IMG/VR virus record: IMGVR_UViG_3300028920_000023
Direction: 5' to 3' (one strand)
DNA from: a virus
Lineage: Duplodnaviria; Caudoviricetes
Length of the DNA stretch: 64,000 nucleotides
A program made the position numbers and the translations under genes. Below are positions 1 through 8,755 of the stretch, in pieces; the stretch's first letter is position 1; the number at the start of each line of letters is the position of its first letter. The notes under the pieces were generated by a model. That model ran no database searches, was not told the origin of the DNA, and saw only the letters and a list, made by a program, of their open reading frames with translations.

Positions 1-182
1 TAGCAAGAAACTGGATACAAAACGTCCAACTCCGCATACTCCCAGAGAACTACTTCGATAACGAACGCTTCCTAGGCGACTTCGAAATCTCCGAGCTATG
101 CCCCTGACGACGAGAAAACCACCCAAAACAGGGTGGTTAGGGACAAACCAGGAGGAAAACACATGCGCTAAAGGAGAAAAAC

Positions 183-374
183 ATGCTCGCAGACAAAAAA
201 GACAGAGACAAACTAGCCAAACTGCTCAACCAAATACAAGCAACACCACAAACAGTAGAGCAACTAGGCTACAAAATCACAGAGACACACCACACTCTGT
301 GCAGAGTTGAAGACAACCAAGGCCACCACGCCTACTGGCTAGGCGGCAAAGAATGGCGAACAGTCTTCAACTAA
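183..374 (+). CDS. hypothetical protein (63 aa)
   Basis: AAAGGAG RBS 5 nt before ATG. Confidence 0.55.
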   Translation: MLADKKDRDKLAKLLNQIQATPQTVEQLGYKITETHHTLCRVEDNQGHHAYWLGGKEWRTVFN

Positions 375-514
375 CCTTCCTCACAGGAAACACGTCACAC
401 AAAGCCACACGCCACAACACGAATACGCAGGACGGGGACATCCCCGTCCAAACACACGGGCAGGGATGTCCCCCGCCCAAACACATACGGGCAAAAGCCC
501 AAAGGAGACAGACC

Positions 515-874
515 ATGCAAGAACGAATCACAGAACTCGTCGAGAACAACGGCCTGAGCCAGGAGCAAGCAACAATCGTCGCCAAGGCTGAAGAGACCCA
601 GGCCAAGAAAGCCCAGAAGGCCCTGGAAAAGGTGAGCAAATACCCACACGCCATCATCAACACCCTCACCCACGACCCAGTGGCCAAAAAGAACAAAGTG
701 CAGATCGAGTGCGTCGAGTGCGGCGACACCACACGCTGGGTCTACACCTCGGACCTCTTCCAAGTTCGTCACTGCACAGAGTGTGGCAAGAAGGCCAAGG
801 CCGAGAAGGCCAAGCAGAAGGCAGCCGAAACCAAGGCAGCCCTCGAAGCCTACCGCGCAAGCCTGAAGGACTAA
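515..874 (+). CDS. hypothetical Zn-finger protein
   Basis: AAAGGAG RBS; CVEC...CTEC cysteine pairs; Lys/Ala-rich helical tail. Confidence 0.75.
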   Translation: MQERITELVENNGLSQEQATIVAKAEETQAKKAQKALEKVSKYPHAIINTLTHDPVAKKNKVQIECVECGDTTRWVYTSDLFQVRHCTECGKKAKAEKAKQKAAETKAALEAYRASLKD

Positions 875-876
875 AC

Positions 877-916
877 CTGACGAGGTACGAATCCCTTTCC
901 CTAGTGGAAAGGGAAG
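877..916 (+). repeat. hammerhead-core-like element, type B (T-A closing pair)
   Basis: CTGACGA-G GTA C-GAA-TCCCTTTCC ctagt GGAAAGGGA-A-G; 2 nt after upstream stop. Confidence 0.85.
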
Positions 917-938
917 AAACCAAACAAGGAGAACAAAA

Positions 939-1256
939 ATGGTCGAATACAAATTCACCAACGTCAAATTCCACGTCGACGAAGAAAACATCATCATCTG
1001 CGACCTGGAATTCGTCAACGAACACGGACACCCACTCAAACGCTGCGAGAACGTCCTCTTCCAAGTCGGAAGAGAAGGCATCCTAACCGACGGGGAGATA
1101 GGCGTTCGAGATGACGAGGAAGGGCCGTACATGGAACGCGCTCGAGAGAAGTACGGCAAGAACTATCCAGGTTGGGATGTTTACAACAAAGAGGATTTCG
1201 AGAGGGCTTACCTCACATGGTGCAATGAAGGCAACGATAACGAGGTTCCATTCTAA
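939..1256 (+). CDS. hypothetical protein (105 aa)
   Basis: AAGGAG RBS; acidic VPF C-terminus. Confidence 0.75.
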   Translation: MVEYKFTNVKFHVDEENIIICDLEFVNEHGHPLKRCENVLFQVGREGILTDGEIGVRDDEEGPYMERAREKYGKNYPGWDVYNKEDFERAYLTWCNEGNDNEVPF

Positions 1257-1345
1257 CCGAATCCTCAATAGCAAGAGCTGCCAAATGAGATCCTTCGGGA
1301 ACCGGGTTAGAATATTTCAATACAGCAAGAGCTGCCAAATGAGAC

Positions 1346-1386
1346 CTGACGAGGTACGAATCCCCTTTCCACTAGGGAAAGGGAAG
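1346..1386 (+). repeat. hammerhead-core-like element, type B
   Basis: CTGACGAG GTA CGAA TCCCCTTTCC acta GGGAAAGGGA AG. Confidence 0.85.
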
Positions 1387-1407
1387 AAACCAAACAAGGG
1401 AGGTAAC

Positions 1408-1644
1408 ATGGAAAAATTGACTGATGAGGAGCTGGAAGTGGTCCAGGATTATTTTCTGGATAGTGATGTTACTTCTGTTGTCTGGATTGAGGCTCATGAT
1501 GATGTTCGGATTGTTAAGCAGACGGTTGAGGAGGTCATTCGTGGAGTGAGGGAGAACAAGTTGGTGTCTGCTTATTTTAAGCTCAAGGGTGAGTCTATGG
1601 ATTGGTGGGTTGAGGCTTTGGAGAAGAGCTTGAGGGGTGTTTGA
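1408..1644 (+). CDS. hypothetical protein (78 aa)
   Basis: GGAGG RBS; codon third positions strongly G/T-biased. Confidence 0.7.
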   Translation: MEKLTDEELEVVQDYFLDSDVTSVVWIEAHDDVRIVKQTVEEVIRGVRENKLVSAYFKLKGESMDWWVEALEKSLRGV

Positions 1645-1670
1645 GTTTGGTCCGAAGGACAGGGCGAATT

Positions 1671-1710
1671 CTGATGAGTTTCGAATCTCTTTCCTGAGTG
1701 GAAAGGGATG
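1671..1710 (+). repeat. hammerhead-core-like element, type B
   Basis: CTGATGAG TTT CGAA TCTCTTTCC tgagt GGAAAGGGA TG. Confidence 0.85.
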
Positions 1711-2084
1711 TTCTTTAGAGGGGTTCTTGGGTAATTCTTACCTGGTGTTTGGAGGGAGGAATTATTCCTATTTTGTTGATATTACGCTGTGTGTATTTCT
1801 ACACAGTGTGCGCGATGTTTGGCTTGTTGTTTAATTGTATCGTATATGTCAAGGGGATATAAGTTCGATACCCCCTTCGAGGTATTTTTGTGGCCAGTCA
1901 ATATATGCGCGAGGGCAACGAAGTATAAATCGGTCCCCCTCTTCTTTTGTGTTTGGAGGGGTGTTGTTGATGGGGTAGTGTTCTCGAGTTGTGGATCAAG
2001 AGTTGACCGAGAGATGTTTTTCTGTTTTTGTTCTACGTGGAACGTGTTTCTGTTTAGCAGGTGCGGCCCATTTCCACACAGGAA

Positions 2085-2125
2085 ATGATGAGGCTTTGGT
2101 TGAAACAGAGGGGTTTTTCTTTGTT
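2085..2125 (+). repeat. degenerate hammerhead-core-like element, type A
   Basis: ATGATGAG GCTTTGGT TGAAACAGAG...CTTTGTT. Confidence 0.6.
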
Positions 2126-2163
2126 TGTGTTGTTTGGGGTTTGATCTGTGTTTTTCTTGTTCT

Positions 2164-2204
2164 CTGATGAGGTGTCGAATCCTTTTCCTGTGTGGAGGGG
2201 GATG
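2164..2204 (+). repeat. hammerhead-core-like element, type B
   Basis: CTGATGAG GTGT CGAA TCCTTTTCC tgtgt GGAGGGGGA TG. Confidence 0.85.
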
Positions 2205-2236
2205 TTTTTCTGTTTTCCTGTTTAGAGGAGGTGGTG

Positions 2237-2720
2237 ATGGGCGAAACAAAAGCAACAGATACAGGTGTAGTGGCTTGTGTCTGGGAAGGAGACGAAAAGG
2301 GGATTTTCCCTGTCTTCGTCGTCGAGGACGCTAGGGGAGTGTGTGAACATTTCCTAAGTTTTGGGCGAACAGAAACCGGCGGGGTGGTTTTATCTCTCCT
2401 ACTTGGTGCAGAAAGGAAAAGGAAGATATGCTATTGGTCTCTTCCCCAACCTGCCGGAGGACGTCGGTACTTTGCTCTTTCGGCCCTTGGTTTTCTTGGG
2501 CCGGGATATGGGGCATGGGCTGACGTCTTTTGTGTTTGCGAATACTTATGGGGAGATCGAAGAACAGGGGGGAGTGAGGGTTGGGTTTCTAGATGTTAGG
2601 GATTTTGATGCGGGTGAGTTTAGCAGGGGCGGTTTATTTTCGCCGTATGCGATCGATGGGGTGAATGTTTCTTTGGATGAGCGTTATCGACGTTACCTCC
2701 GGAGGCTGTTGGGGGTGTAA
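2237..2720 (+). pseudogene. frameshifted paralog of 17468-18079
   Basis: Two overlapping ORFs (2192-2599, 2361-2720) match consecutive parts of the 17468 protein (CVWxGxExGIxP; YAIGLFPNL); removing one T from TTTT at 2359-2362 joins them. Confidence 0.7.
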
Positions 2721-2888
2721 CGGCGGGAGGGTATCAAGACAGAGGTCATTAATTCGTTGTTGGGTGATTATCAGCTGGAGGTTGATGGGAGCAAAAGGAG
2801 AGGGTTTGATCCTTTTGCTCCTTCGAGGTATGATCTTGATTCTGCGGTGGCTACGGCGGAGGAGCTTGGTTATTGTTAGTCGTGGGGC

Positions 2889-2928
2889 CTGATGAGTTTC
2901 GAATCCTTTTCCTGGGTGGAGGGGGATG
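2889..2928 (+). repeat. hammerhead-core-like element, type B
   Basis: CTGATGAG TTT CGAA TCCTTTTCC tgggt GGAGGGGGA TG. Confidence 0.85.
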
Positions 2929-2950
2929 TGTTTTCTTGAGTGGAAAGGGG

Positions 2951-2985
2951 GTGGTGAGTTTCGGATCCTCTCGAGTGGAGGGATG
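2951..2985 (+). repeat. degenerate hammerhead-core-like element, type B
   Basis: GTGGTGAG TTT CGGA TCCTCTC gagt GGAGGGA TG. Confidence 0.55.
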
Positions 2986-3005
2986 TTTTTCTTTGTGTTT
3001 TTCTG

Positions 3006-3251
3006 TTGTTATTTGGGGTCTGTGATTGGGGGAGTGAGCAATGCCGAGTTTTGATATTGTTTCTTGGATTCAGTCGAATACGGAGATTGTGGATAAGTTG
3101 CAGGCTGAGGGGTTATGAAGCGATTACTGATGGGTATGTGAAGCGTTGGGTTGAGTCGAATCGTGAGGTTTGGGATGAGGATGAGTCGGATTTTGATAGT
3201 TATGAGGAGGAGGTTGTTAGTAGTCTTAGGGATCATTTCGGGCAGGGTTAG
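3006..3251 (+). CDS. hypothetical protein, start uncertain
   Basis: C-terminal half is protein-like and acidic; N-terminus doubtful. Confidence 0.4.
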   Translation: MLFGVCDWGSEQCRVLILFLGFSRIRRLWISCRLRGYEAITDGYVKRWVESNREVWDEDESDFDSYEEEVVSSLRDHFGQG

Positions 3252-3261
3252 GTTGTGGGTT

Positions 3262-3304
3262 CTGATGAGGCTTTGGCCGAAACAGAGGGGTGTTTTTCTC
3301 TGTT
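3262..3304 (+). repeat. hammerhead-core-like element, type A (A-T closing pair, GTT triplet)
   Basis: CTGATGA-GGC TTTG GCC-GAA-ACAGAG...CTCTGT-T. Confidence 0.85.
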
Positions 3305-3349
3305 TGTGTTTGGTGTTTTTCTGTTGTTAGCTTTAGTGAGGGGGTGGGT

Positions 3350-3670
3350 ATGTCTGTTGTTTCTGTTGATGTTGGGTTGGTTCCTCAGCGGAAGGTTGTG
3401 GGTGATGATGTGGAGTTGGAGGTGGTTGTTTATTTGTGTTCGGATGATGTGGAGGATGTGGATACTGTGCCGCTTGTTGATTGTTTTGATGATGAGTGTT
3501 GTGTTCCTGCCCTATCGATTCCGGGTTTGGGTGAGGGGGAGTCGTGGGCTGTTGTGGGGGAGGGTGAGGTGTCGACGGTTTATCCGGGGAACCGTCATTG
3601 GTTTTTGTTTAATAGGTTTCCGAAGAATATGGGGGAGGCTTGGAAAGTGGTTGAGAATTATTTGTTTTGA
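3350..3670 (+). CDS. hypothetical protein (106 aa)
   Basis: G-rich RBS; lies between two repeat elements. Confidence 0.65.
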   Translation: MSVVSVDVGLVPQRKVVGDDVELEVVVYLCSDDVEDVDTVPLVDCFDDECCVPALSIPGLGEGESWAVVGEGEVSTVYPGNRHWFLFNRFPKNMGEAWKVVENYLF

Positions 3671-3680
3671 GTGTGTTTTC

Positions 3681-3719
3681 CTGATGAGTGTCGAATCCTT
3701 TCCTGGGTGGAAAGGGATG
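3681..3719 (+). repeat. hammerhead-core-like element, type B
   Basis: CTGATGAG TGT CGAA TCCTTTCC tgggt GGAAAGGGA TG. Confidence 0.85.
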
Positions 3720-3887
3720 TTTTTCTTGTTGGAGGTTGTTGGTTTTGTTAATCTCGGGTTCGGGATCTGAAAGGAGCGTTTTGAGTGCGGTATTCAATCG
3801 GGACTTGTAAGACTGCCCCAAGACAGAGATCATTTTAGTAAGACTCGACCCTGTGAATTTGTCCAGCAAAACATTCAGATTAGGTTC

Positions 3888-3927
3888 CTGATGAGTGTCG
3901 AATCCTTTTCCTGGGTGGAAAGGGATG
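3888..3927 (+). repeat. hammerhead-core-like element, type B
   Basis: CTGATGAG TGT CGAA TCCTTTTCC tgggt GGAAAGGGA TG. Confidence 0.85.
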
Positions 3928-3977
3928 TTACTCCAAATCTATTTTGGGGCACACATTGTGCACGGAAAGGAGAACTG

Positions 3978-4257
3978 ATGAATGACAACAATTACTGCAG
4001 TCAGTGTGGTCGGACGACCAGACACAGTGTGTCCGGGATCATCTACACTTGCGAAAGATGTGGAGTCCGGCGGTTCCGCATACCAAATAGACGGCCCTGG
4101 GATAATAAGGACTGTAAATCTTTTTTGCCCAAAGTGCAAAACTTGCACAAGGCATGATATTAAGACGGCTAAAGAGAGAGCCTGTACTGTTTGTGGGCAC
4201 CGGCTGTTTACTAGAGGGACTGGTCGGGTGAGTCAGAGGATTTTTATTCGTTTGTAG
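3978..4257 (+). pseudogene. double zinc-ribbon protein, frameshifted
   Basis: CSQC..TRH..CERC in one frame and CPKC..TRH..CTVC in the next; joined by deleting one T of T6 at 4121-4126. Confidence 0.6.
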
Positions 4258-4742
4258 TTCTTCCTTTTGTTTTTTCCGCTTTTTTCTTTTTCTTTTTCTT
4301 TTTCTTTTTCTTTTACTGCTTCTGTGTGTCAGGGGTGGGGTGGTGTGTGTTTATGGGGAATTCGATTGGAGAGGAGTGTGTGTGTGAGTTTGGCTTTTTT
4401 GCTTGCGTCTTTGGCGTTGCCTCCTGTGCGTCAGCCGTTGGTTGCGGGGGTGCGTCATCGGGCGTCTAAGAAGCTTCGGAGGGTTAGGAAGCGGCAGCGT
4501 CAGAATAGAAAGAGAGGTAGAAGAAGATGAGGGGTTCGGTTACGCCGGCGAAACGGACTAGGGAGGGTGTTAGGGTTTTTTTGTGGGATAATCCTGAGTT
4601 GAGGAGGGCTTGGAGGGAGGCTTGTCAGAGGGAGCGTAAGGAGTGTCAGGTTGAGCGGGCTTGGCGGGGGAAGAAGTCTTGAGTGTGGGTGTGGTTACTT
4701 ACGTTTTTTTTCTTTGGCGGGGTAGGGTGGTGTGGTTGTTTT

Positions 4743-4785
4743 CTGATGAGGCTTTGGCCGAAACAGAGGAGGGTGTTTCTCTGTT
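4743..4785 (+). repeat. hammerhead-core-like element, type A
   Basis: CTGATGAGGCTTTGGCCGAAACAGAGGAGGGTGTTTCTCTGTT. Confidence 0.85.
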
Positions 4786-4825
4786 TGTGTTGGACAGGTA
4801 ACCGTTCTGGGAGGGAGGAAGGAAC

Positions 4826-5263
4826 ATGCCGGAAGAGAGTAAATTCGAGATAGGTCAGCGTGTGAGCCATAAGGGCTGTCCGGGGACGCTCGAGGGTTTC
4901 CGTACGGACGCGCCTGGTGGTTTCCGTTCGGGTGTGCCTGGGGATGCGCCTGTGGCGATTGTCAGGTGGGATGACGGGAAGACGGGTGATGTTGTGTTGG
5001 GTGAGTTGAAGCCAAGGCCGTATCCTTATGATTATGTGGTTAAGGTTGTGGCTGTGAATGGTGTGAGTCGTTGTGTTATCTACACGGACGATACGGCGTT
5101 TGGGTTTAAGGATGAGGAGGAGGCTTTCGCCAGAGCCAGGGAACTTGCCAAGAAGTATGTTGGGGAACTTGGGGGCGTGTTGCTCGGGCTTACCGTTCGG
5201 TTCGGGGGTGTGTTTGATAGTGATAATCTCTTTTTTAGGGTAGAGGTTATTCCGGTTCCTTGA
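4826..5263 (+). CDS. hypothetical protein, possible SH3-like N-terminus
   Basis: GGAGG RBS; KFEIGQRVSH...IVRWDDG pattern. Confidence 0.75.
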   Translation: MPEESKFEIGQRVSHKGCPGTLEGFRTDAPGGFRSGVPGDAPVAIVRWDDGKTGDVVLGELKPRPYPYDYVVKVVAVNGVSRCVIYTDDTAFGFKDEEEAFARARELAKKYVGELGGVLLGLTVRFGGVFDSDNLFFRVEVIPVP

Positions 5264-5297
5264 TGAGTTTCGGGTTTCTTCTTTTGTGGAGGGGTTG
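5260..5297 (+). repeat. degenerate hammerhead-core-like element, type B
   Basis: TTGATGAG TTT CGGG...; its TGA is the stop of 4826-5263. Confidence 0.5.
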
Positions 5298-5466
5298 TGT
5301 TGGTTTCGTTTTGGTGCTTTGGTTGTTTTGGGAGGGGGTTGTGATGTGTGAGCCTTAGTTGTGGGGTTTTTGGTGTTTTTTGTGTGTTCTTTTGGCTTCT
5401 TGGTATTTTGGGAGGGGGGTTGTGATGTGTGAGCCGTGATGTTGCGAATCAATAGGGGGAATGCGA

Positions 5467-5509
5467 CTGATGAGGCTTTGGCCGAAACAGAGGAGGGTGT
5501 TTCTCTGTT
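5467..5509 (+). repeat. hammerhead-core-like element, type A
   Basis: Same 43-mer as 4743; flanks can form a bulged, G-U-rich stem I. Confidence 0.85.
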
Positions 5510-5539
5510 TGTGTTTTCCTGTGAGGAAGGGGGTTTGTG

Positions 5540-6145
5540 ATGTCGATTGCTGATTTTGATGTTCGATATCGTTTTGTGCCGAAGGATCAGCTGGTGCGGT
5601 TGGATGCGGATGTGGGGTCTTTTGAGGTTAGGGAGCAGCTCACGAGGGCTGTGGCTTGTGGTTTTGGTACGTTTCGGGTGGTGGGGTTGGCTGTTCCGGA
5701 GTTTGATGGGGAGATGAGTGCGGAGTTGCGTGCTCGGTTGGATGCGGGTTTTTGGGTTGTTGAGGAAGGTGATGTGTTGTATGATCGGACTTTTGTGGCT
5801 GTGTTGTTTGAGCCTAAGTGTTTGGTGTTTGTGCCTTTTGGTAGGGATGGGGTGGCTGGGGATTCGGGGTTTTTTCCTTCTTCGGAGGATCTTGGTTCGG
5901 TGTATCGTGAGGGGATGAGTTTTGAGGAGATGCTTGCTGTTCCTGCGTATTTGCAGGGCGATGGTGTTCCGCTTACTCCTGAGGAGGTGGCTGGTTTTTG
6001 GGTGTTGGAGCGGGATAAGCTGGAGACGATGCTTGGTGTTTGTCCTGATGATCTTGATGATGATGGTGCTGTGTATGCGGCGAATTGTGGTCTGAAGACG
6101 GGTATTGCTCATGCTGCTGTGCGGATTGTGGAGCGTCCTGTCTGA
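5540..6145 (+). CDS. hypothetical protein (~201 aa)
   Basis: Long ORF between two type A elements. Confidence 0.75.
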   Translation: MSIADFDVRYRFVPKDQLVRLDADVGSFEVREQLTRAVACGFGTFRVVGLAVPEFDGEMSAELRARLDAGFWVVEEGDVLYDRTFVAVLFEPKCLVFVPFGRDGVAGDSGFFPSSEDLGSVYREGMSFEEMLAVPAYLQGDGVPLTPEEVAGFWVLERDKLETMLGVCPDDLDDDGAVYAANCGLKTGIAHAAVRIVERPV

Positions 6146-6155
6146 GTTGGGTAGG

Positions 6156-6198
6156 CTGATGAGGCTTTGGCCGAAACAGAGGAGGGTGTTTCTCTGTT
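6156..6198 (+). repeat. hammerhead-core-like element, type A
   Basis: Same 43-mer as 4743. Confidence 0.85.
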
Positions 6199-6237
6199 TG
6201 TGTTTTCTTGGGAACGGGAAGTGTTTTGGAGGAAATA

Positions 6238-6756
6238 ATGATGTATGAGGTTACGATGTTTGAGAGCAGTATTGAGGCTGCGGTGACTCGTCGGGATAAG
6301 GATTTGGAAACGGCGATTCTTGCGGCTCATAATGAGTTGATGAGGCGGCACCAGGGTGATGATTCGTGTAGGCTGAATCGTTATTGTGGGGCTTGGTCGA
6401 AGCCATCTAATCCCGAGGAGCGGCATAATCTTAGTGGGTCTGAGCCGGATTTTAGTGAGGGGGTTGTGTTGATTTGGTGTTTTGACCGGATGACGGTTGT
6501 GGAGGGTGTTGCCAGGAAGATTTTGGACAGGTCGGTTGTGTTTGTGGTGATTTCTGATCAGGAAGGTGATTTGGATGCTAGGGAGTTTGGTGGTTTGGGG
6601 GAGGCTTTGGTTTATTTTAATGAGATGCGTGAGGTGTTTGGTCTTACTGTTGGTGATTGCGGGCATGATCCTGGTTTGGTGACTGAGGAGTGGTTGGCTT
6701 CGTATAATTTGATGGCTGATGATGGGGAGGCGCGTGTTTGCTTGAGGTCTAGGTGA
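6238..6756 (+). CDS. hypothetical protein (172 aa)
   Basis: GGAGG RBS; between two type A elements. Confidence 0.75.
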   Translation: MMYEVTMFESSIEAAVTRRDKDLETAILAAHNELMRRHQGDDSCRLNRYCGAWSKPSNPEERHNLSGSEPDFSEGVVLIWCFDRMTVVEGVARKILDRSVVFVVISDQEGDLDAREFGGLGEALVYFNEMREVFGLTVGDCGHDPGLVTEEWLASYNLMADDGEARVCLRSR

Positions 6757-6765
6757 GGGGTTGTG

Positions 6766-6808
6766 CTGATGAGGCTTTGGCCGAAACAGAGGAGGGTTTT
6801 TCTCTGTT
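6766..6808 (+). repeat. hammerhead-core-like element, type A
   Basis: One loop substitution relative to 4743. Confidence 0.85.
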
Positions 6809-6906
6809 TGTGTTGTTTGTGTTGTTTGTGTTGTTTTTGTTTTGTGGAAGGAGGTTTTCATGTCTACAGGTTGTTAGGAAGGGGAGTGGTGATGTTCTTG
6901 GTGATT

Positions 6907-6949
6907 GTTATGAGGCTTTGGCCGAAACAGAGGAGGGTGTTTCTCTGTT
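6907..6949 (+). repeat. degenerate hammerhead-core-like element, type A
   Basis: GTTATGAG GCTTTGGC CGAAACAGAG...CTCTGTT. Confidence 0.75.
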
Positions 6950-6985
6950 TGGTTTGTACGTGGTTCTCGATTCGGAGGTGGGATT

Positions 6986-7186
6986 ATGACGAGCTTTGAT
7001 GGAAGGACGTGGATTCAGCAGACTGGGGCTGTGCTTCGGTTGGGGCGGGATGGCAATATGCGTCCTGCTGGTAAAAACCAGGCCAGGCGGGCTATTCGCC
7101 GCTTGGGTGGTCAGGAGCGTGCTGAGATGTGTAGGTTGTGCTTGGCGCGGGCGCTGCGGTTTGCTTTTCCTGGGAGGAAATGTTGA
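6986..7186 (+). CDS. hypothetical Arg-rich protein (66 aa)
   Basis: GGAGGT RBS; stop lies inside the next repeat element. Confidence 0.55.
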   Translation: MTSFDGRTWIQQTGAVLRLGRDGNMRPAGKNQARRAIRRLGGQERAEMCRLCLARALRFAFPGRKC

Positions 7187-7224
7187 GGCTTTGGCCGAAA
7201 TAGAGGGATGTTTTTCTCTCTGTT
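7180..7224 (+). repeat. degenerate hammerhead-core-like element, type A
   Basis: ATGTTGAG GCTTTGGC CGAAATAGAG...CTCTGTT. Confidence 0.7.
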
Positions 7225-7259
7225 TGTGTTTCTGAGTTGTTTGTGGAAAGGAGGTGGGT

Positions 7260-7605
7260 ATGGCTGGGCGGGTTCTGGAGGATGGTTTCGAGATTGGTGA
7301 TCTTAAGGATGAGTTTGGGGCGGAGGCGCTGGAGTGATCTTAAGGATGAGTTTGGGGCGGAGGCGCTGGAGAAGTTGGAGTTGATGGATCCTGCTAGCCT
7401 CAAGACGTCGAAGATTCAGAAGCAGAAGGTTGAGGGTGTTGGGCGTGTTGAGTGCTGGGTGGATGCGTGCTCGGTGGATGCGGATATGGGCCATGTTCGT
7501 TTCTGGCGTCTTCTCGATGTTGTCGATGGGGAGGGGGTTCCGGTTGTTCTTGAGGAGGATTATGGTGAGGGTTTGCTTTTTTATGGGCGGAATTACACTC
7601 TCTGA
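7260..7605 (+). pseudogene. hypothetical gene disrupted by a 37-bp tandem duplication
   Basis: AAGGAGGT RBS + ATG at 7260; exact duplication (units start at 7297 and 7334) creates an in-frame TGA. Confidence 0.65.
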
Positions 7606-7641
7606 TGAGTTTCGAATCCTTTTCCTTCGTGGAGGGGGATG
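7602..7641 (+). repeat. hammerhead-core-like element, type B
   Basis: CTGATGAG TTT CGAA TCCTTTTCC ttcgt GGAGGGGGA TG; its TGA is the upstream stop. Confidence 0.85.
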
Positions 7642-7665
7642 TTAACCTTAACAAAGGAGGTGGTG

Positions 7666-8028
7666 ATGGCGAAGGGTGAAGAGAACAAGAAGGACAGTCT
7701 CTTGCGTGCTTACGATGAGTTTTGTGAATTGCTTGATAAAATTCAGGATGGCGAGGGGAGGATTCTCGAGGACGAAGAGAAGAATGCTCTTCTTGGATTG
7801 TTGATGAACAGTGGAGACAAGGAGTTGGCGTGTGTTGGTTTGTTGATTGGTTCTTTGGATAAGGTGAGGTTGTCTTCTTCTGGGGGTGTTTGGTCGATAG
7901 GTCTCGGCGTTCTGGGCGATTTTGATGTTGTTTTGTCGTTCAGAGAGTCCGAGCATGATGAGCTGGGTCGTGGCGATGAGAAGAGTGGCGATCCAAAGGA
8001 TAAAACAGTTCTTAGGAAAAACAATTGA
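7666..8028 (+). CDS. hypothetical protein (120 aa)
   Basis: AAGGAGGT RBS. Confidence 0.65.
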   Translation: MAKGEENKKDSLLRAYDEFCELLDKIQDGEGRILEDEEKNALLGLLMNSGDKELACVGLLIGSLDKVRLSSSGGVWSIGLGVLGDFDVVLSFRESEHDELGRGDEKSGDPKDKTVLRKNN

Positions 8029-8200
8029 GGGCAGATATGAGCAAGGGCTCCTTCACATCTGTTGCAATGGCGAACAGATGTCAAGTGTTACTGTGTCCGA
8101 TTCCGAAGGATCCAGAAAAATCTTCGAGGGTATTCTCGGAGCTATTGACAAGATAAAAGTTTCCGATATAGACTTTACCAATAACCAACCAAAATCCTAG
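7976..8200 (+). CDS. hypothetical protein (74 aa)
   Basis: Protein-like ORF overlapping the previous gene by about 50 nt; weak RBS. Confidence 0.45.
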   Translation: MRRVAIQRIKQFLGKTIEGRYEQGLLHICCNGEQMSSVTVSDSEGSRKIFEGILGAIDKIKVSDIDFTNNQPKS

Positions 8201-8295
8201 GGGGTGTCATGGAGCATTTTTTCGTTTGCGAGGGGCCGTGTATTTGTCATCAGACGATCGAAACCCTCCGCCACGAAAGGTGCTGGTGAGGAATC

Positions 8296-8335
8296 CTGAT
8301 GAGTTTCGAATCCTTCTCCTGACTGGAGGGGGAAG
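8296..8335 (+). repeat. hammerhead-core-like element, type B
   Basis: CTGATGAG TTT CGAA TCCTTCTCC tgact GGAGGGGGA AG. Confidence 0.85.
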
Positions 8336-8386
8336 TGTTTTCCTTGTTGGAAATTGGTTGGTTTGTTAACCTCGGGAGGATTTGGT

Positions 8387-8674
8387 ATGACCAGGATCTA
8401 CAGAGTGACGGAGGAGGAGAAGGAGATTTTGGTGGCTTTGCGCCGGAAGGGTGAGAAGTGTAGCCAGATGATCGCTCGTCTCACCGCAGCGATTGCCGAA
8501 CTTGATTCGGTTCCTCCTAAACCTATTCGGGCCGTTAGTCATCGGTTCGATTTTGAGCGATCTGAACTTGAGACTATCAAAGCAAAGGCCGAGGAGCTTG
8601 AGACCACCGTGATCCATTTGCTCATTTACACGGCACGACAATTGGTGGAAAAGGAAAAGGCCGGCAAGCTCTGA
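8387..8674 (+). CDS. possible ribbon-helix-helix DNA-binding protein
   Basis: GGAGG RBS; C-terminal strand-helix-helix pattern (RFDF..ELETIKAKAEELETTVIHLL). Confidence 0.6.
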   Translation: MTRIYRVTEEEKEILVALRRKGEKCSQMIARLTAAIAELDSVPPKPIRAVSHRFDFERSELETIKAKAEELETTVIHLLIYTARQLVEKEKAGKL

Positions 8675-8691
8675 TATTTGTTCACGTTCCT

Positions 8692-8731
8692 CTGATGAGT
8701 TTCGAATCCTTTTCCTTCGTGGAGGGGGAAG
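8692..8731 (+). repeat. hammerhead-core-like element, type B
   Basis: Near-identical to the 7602 copy, including the 3' leader to the RBS. Confidence 0.85.
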
Positions 8732-8755
8732 TTACCCTAACAAAGGAGGACATTG

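Noticed and set aside
4262-4315. (TTTTTC)n microsatellite and the ORF 4267-4530 that starts in it
   Set aside because: Simple low-complexity tract. The FSFSFS translation is an artefact of the repeat, and only a short basic peptide from about 4378 is conceivable, without support.
4646-6112. 488-aa ORF on the - strand (also 395-1159, 6109-6861, 42471-43223 and similar long antisense ORFs)
   Set aside because: These are shadow ORFs. The extreme G/T versus A/C skew depletes stop codons on the opposite strand or frame, the translations are low-complexity Thr/Pro/His/Asn-rich, and they overlap better-supported genes.
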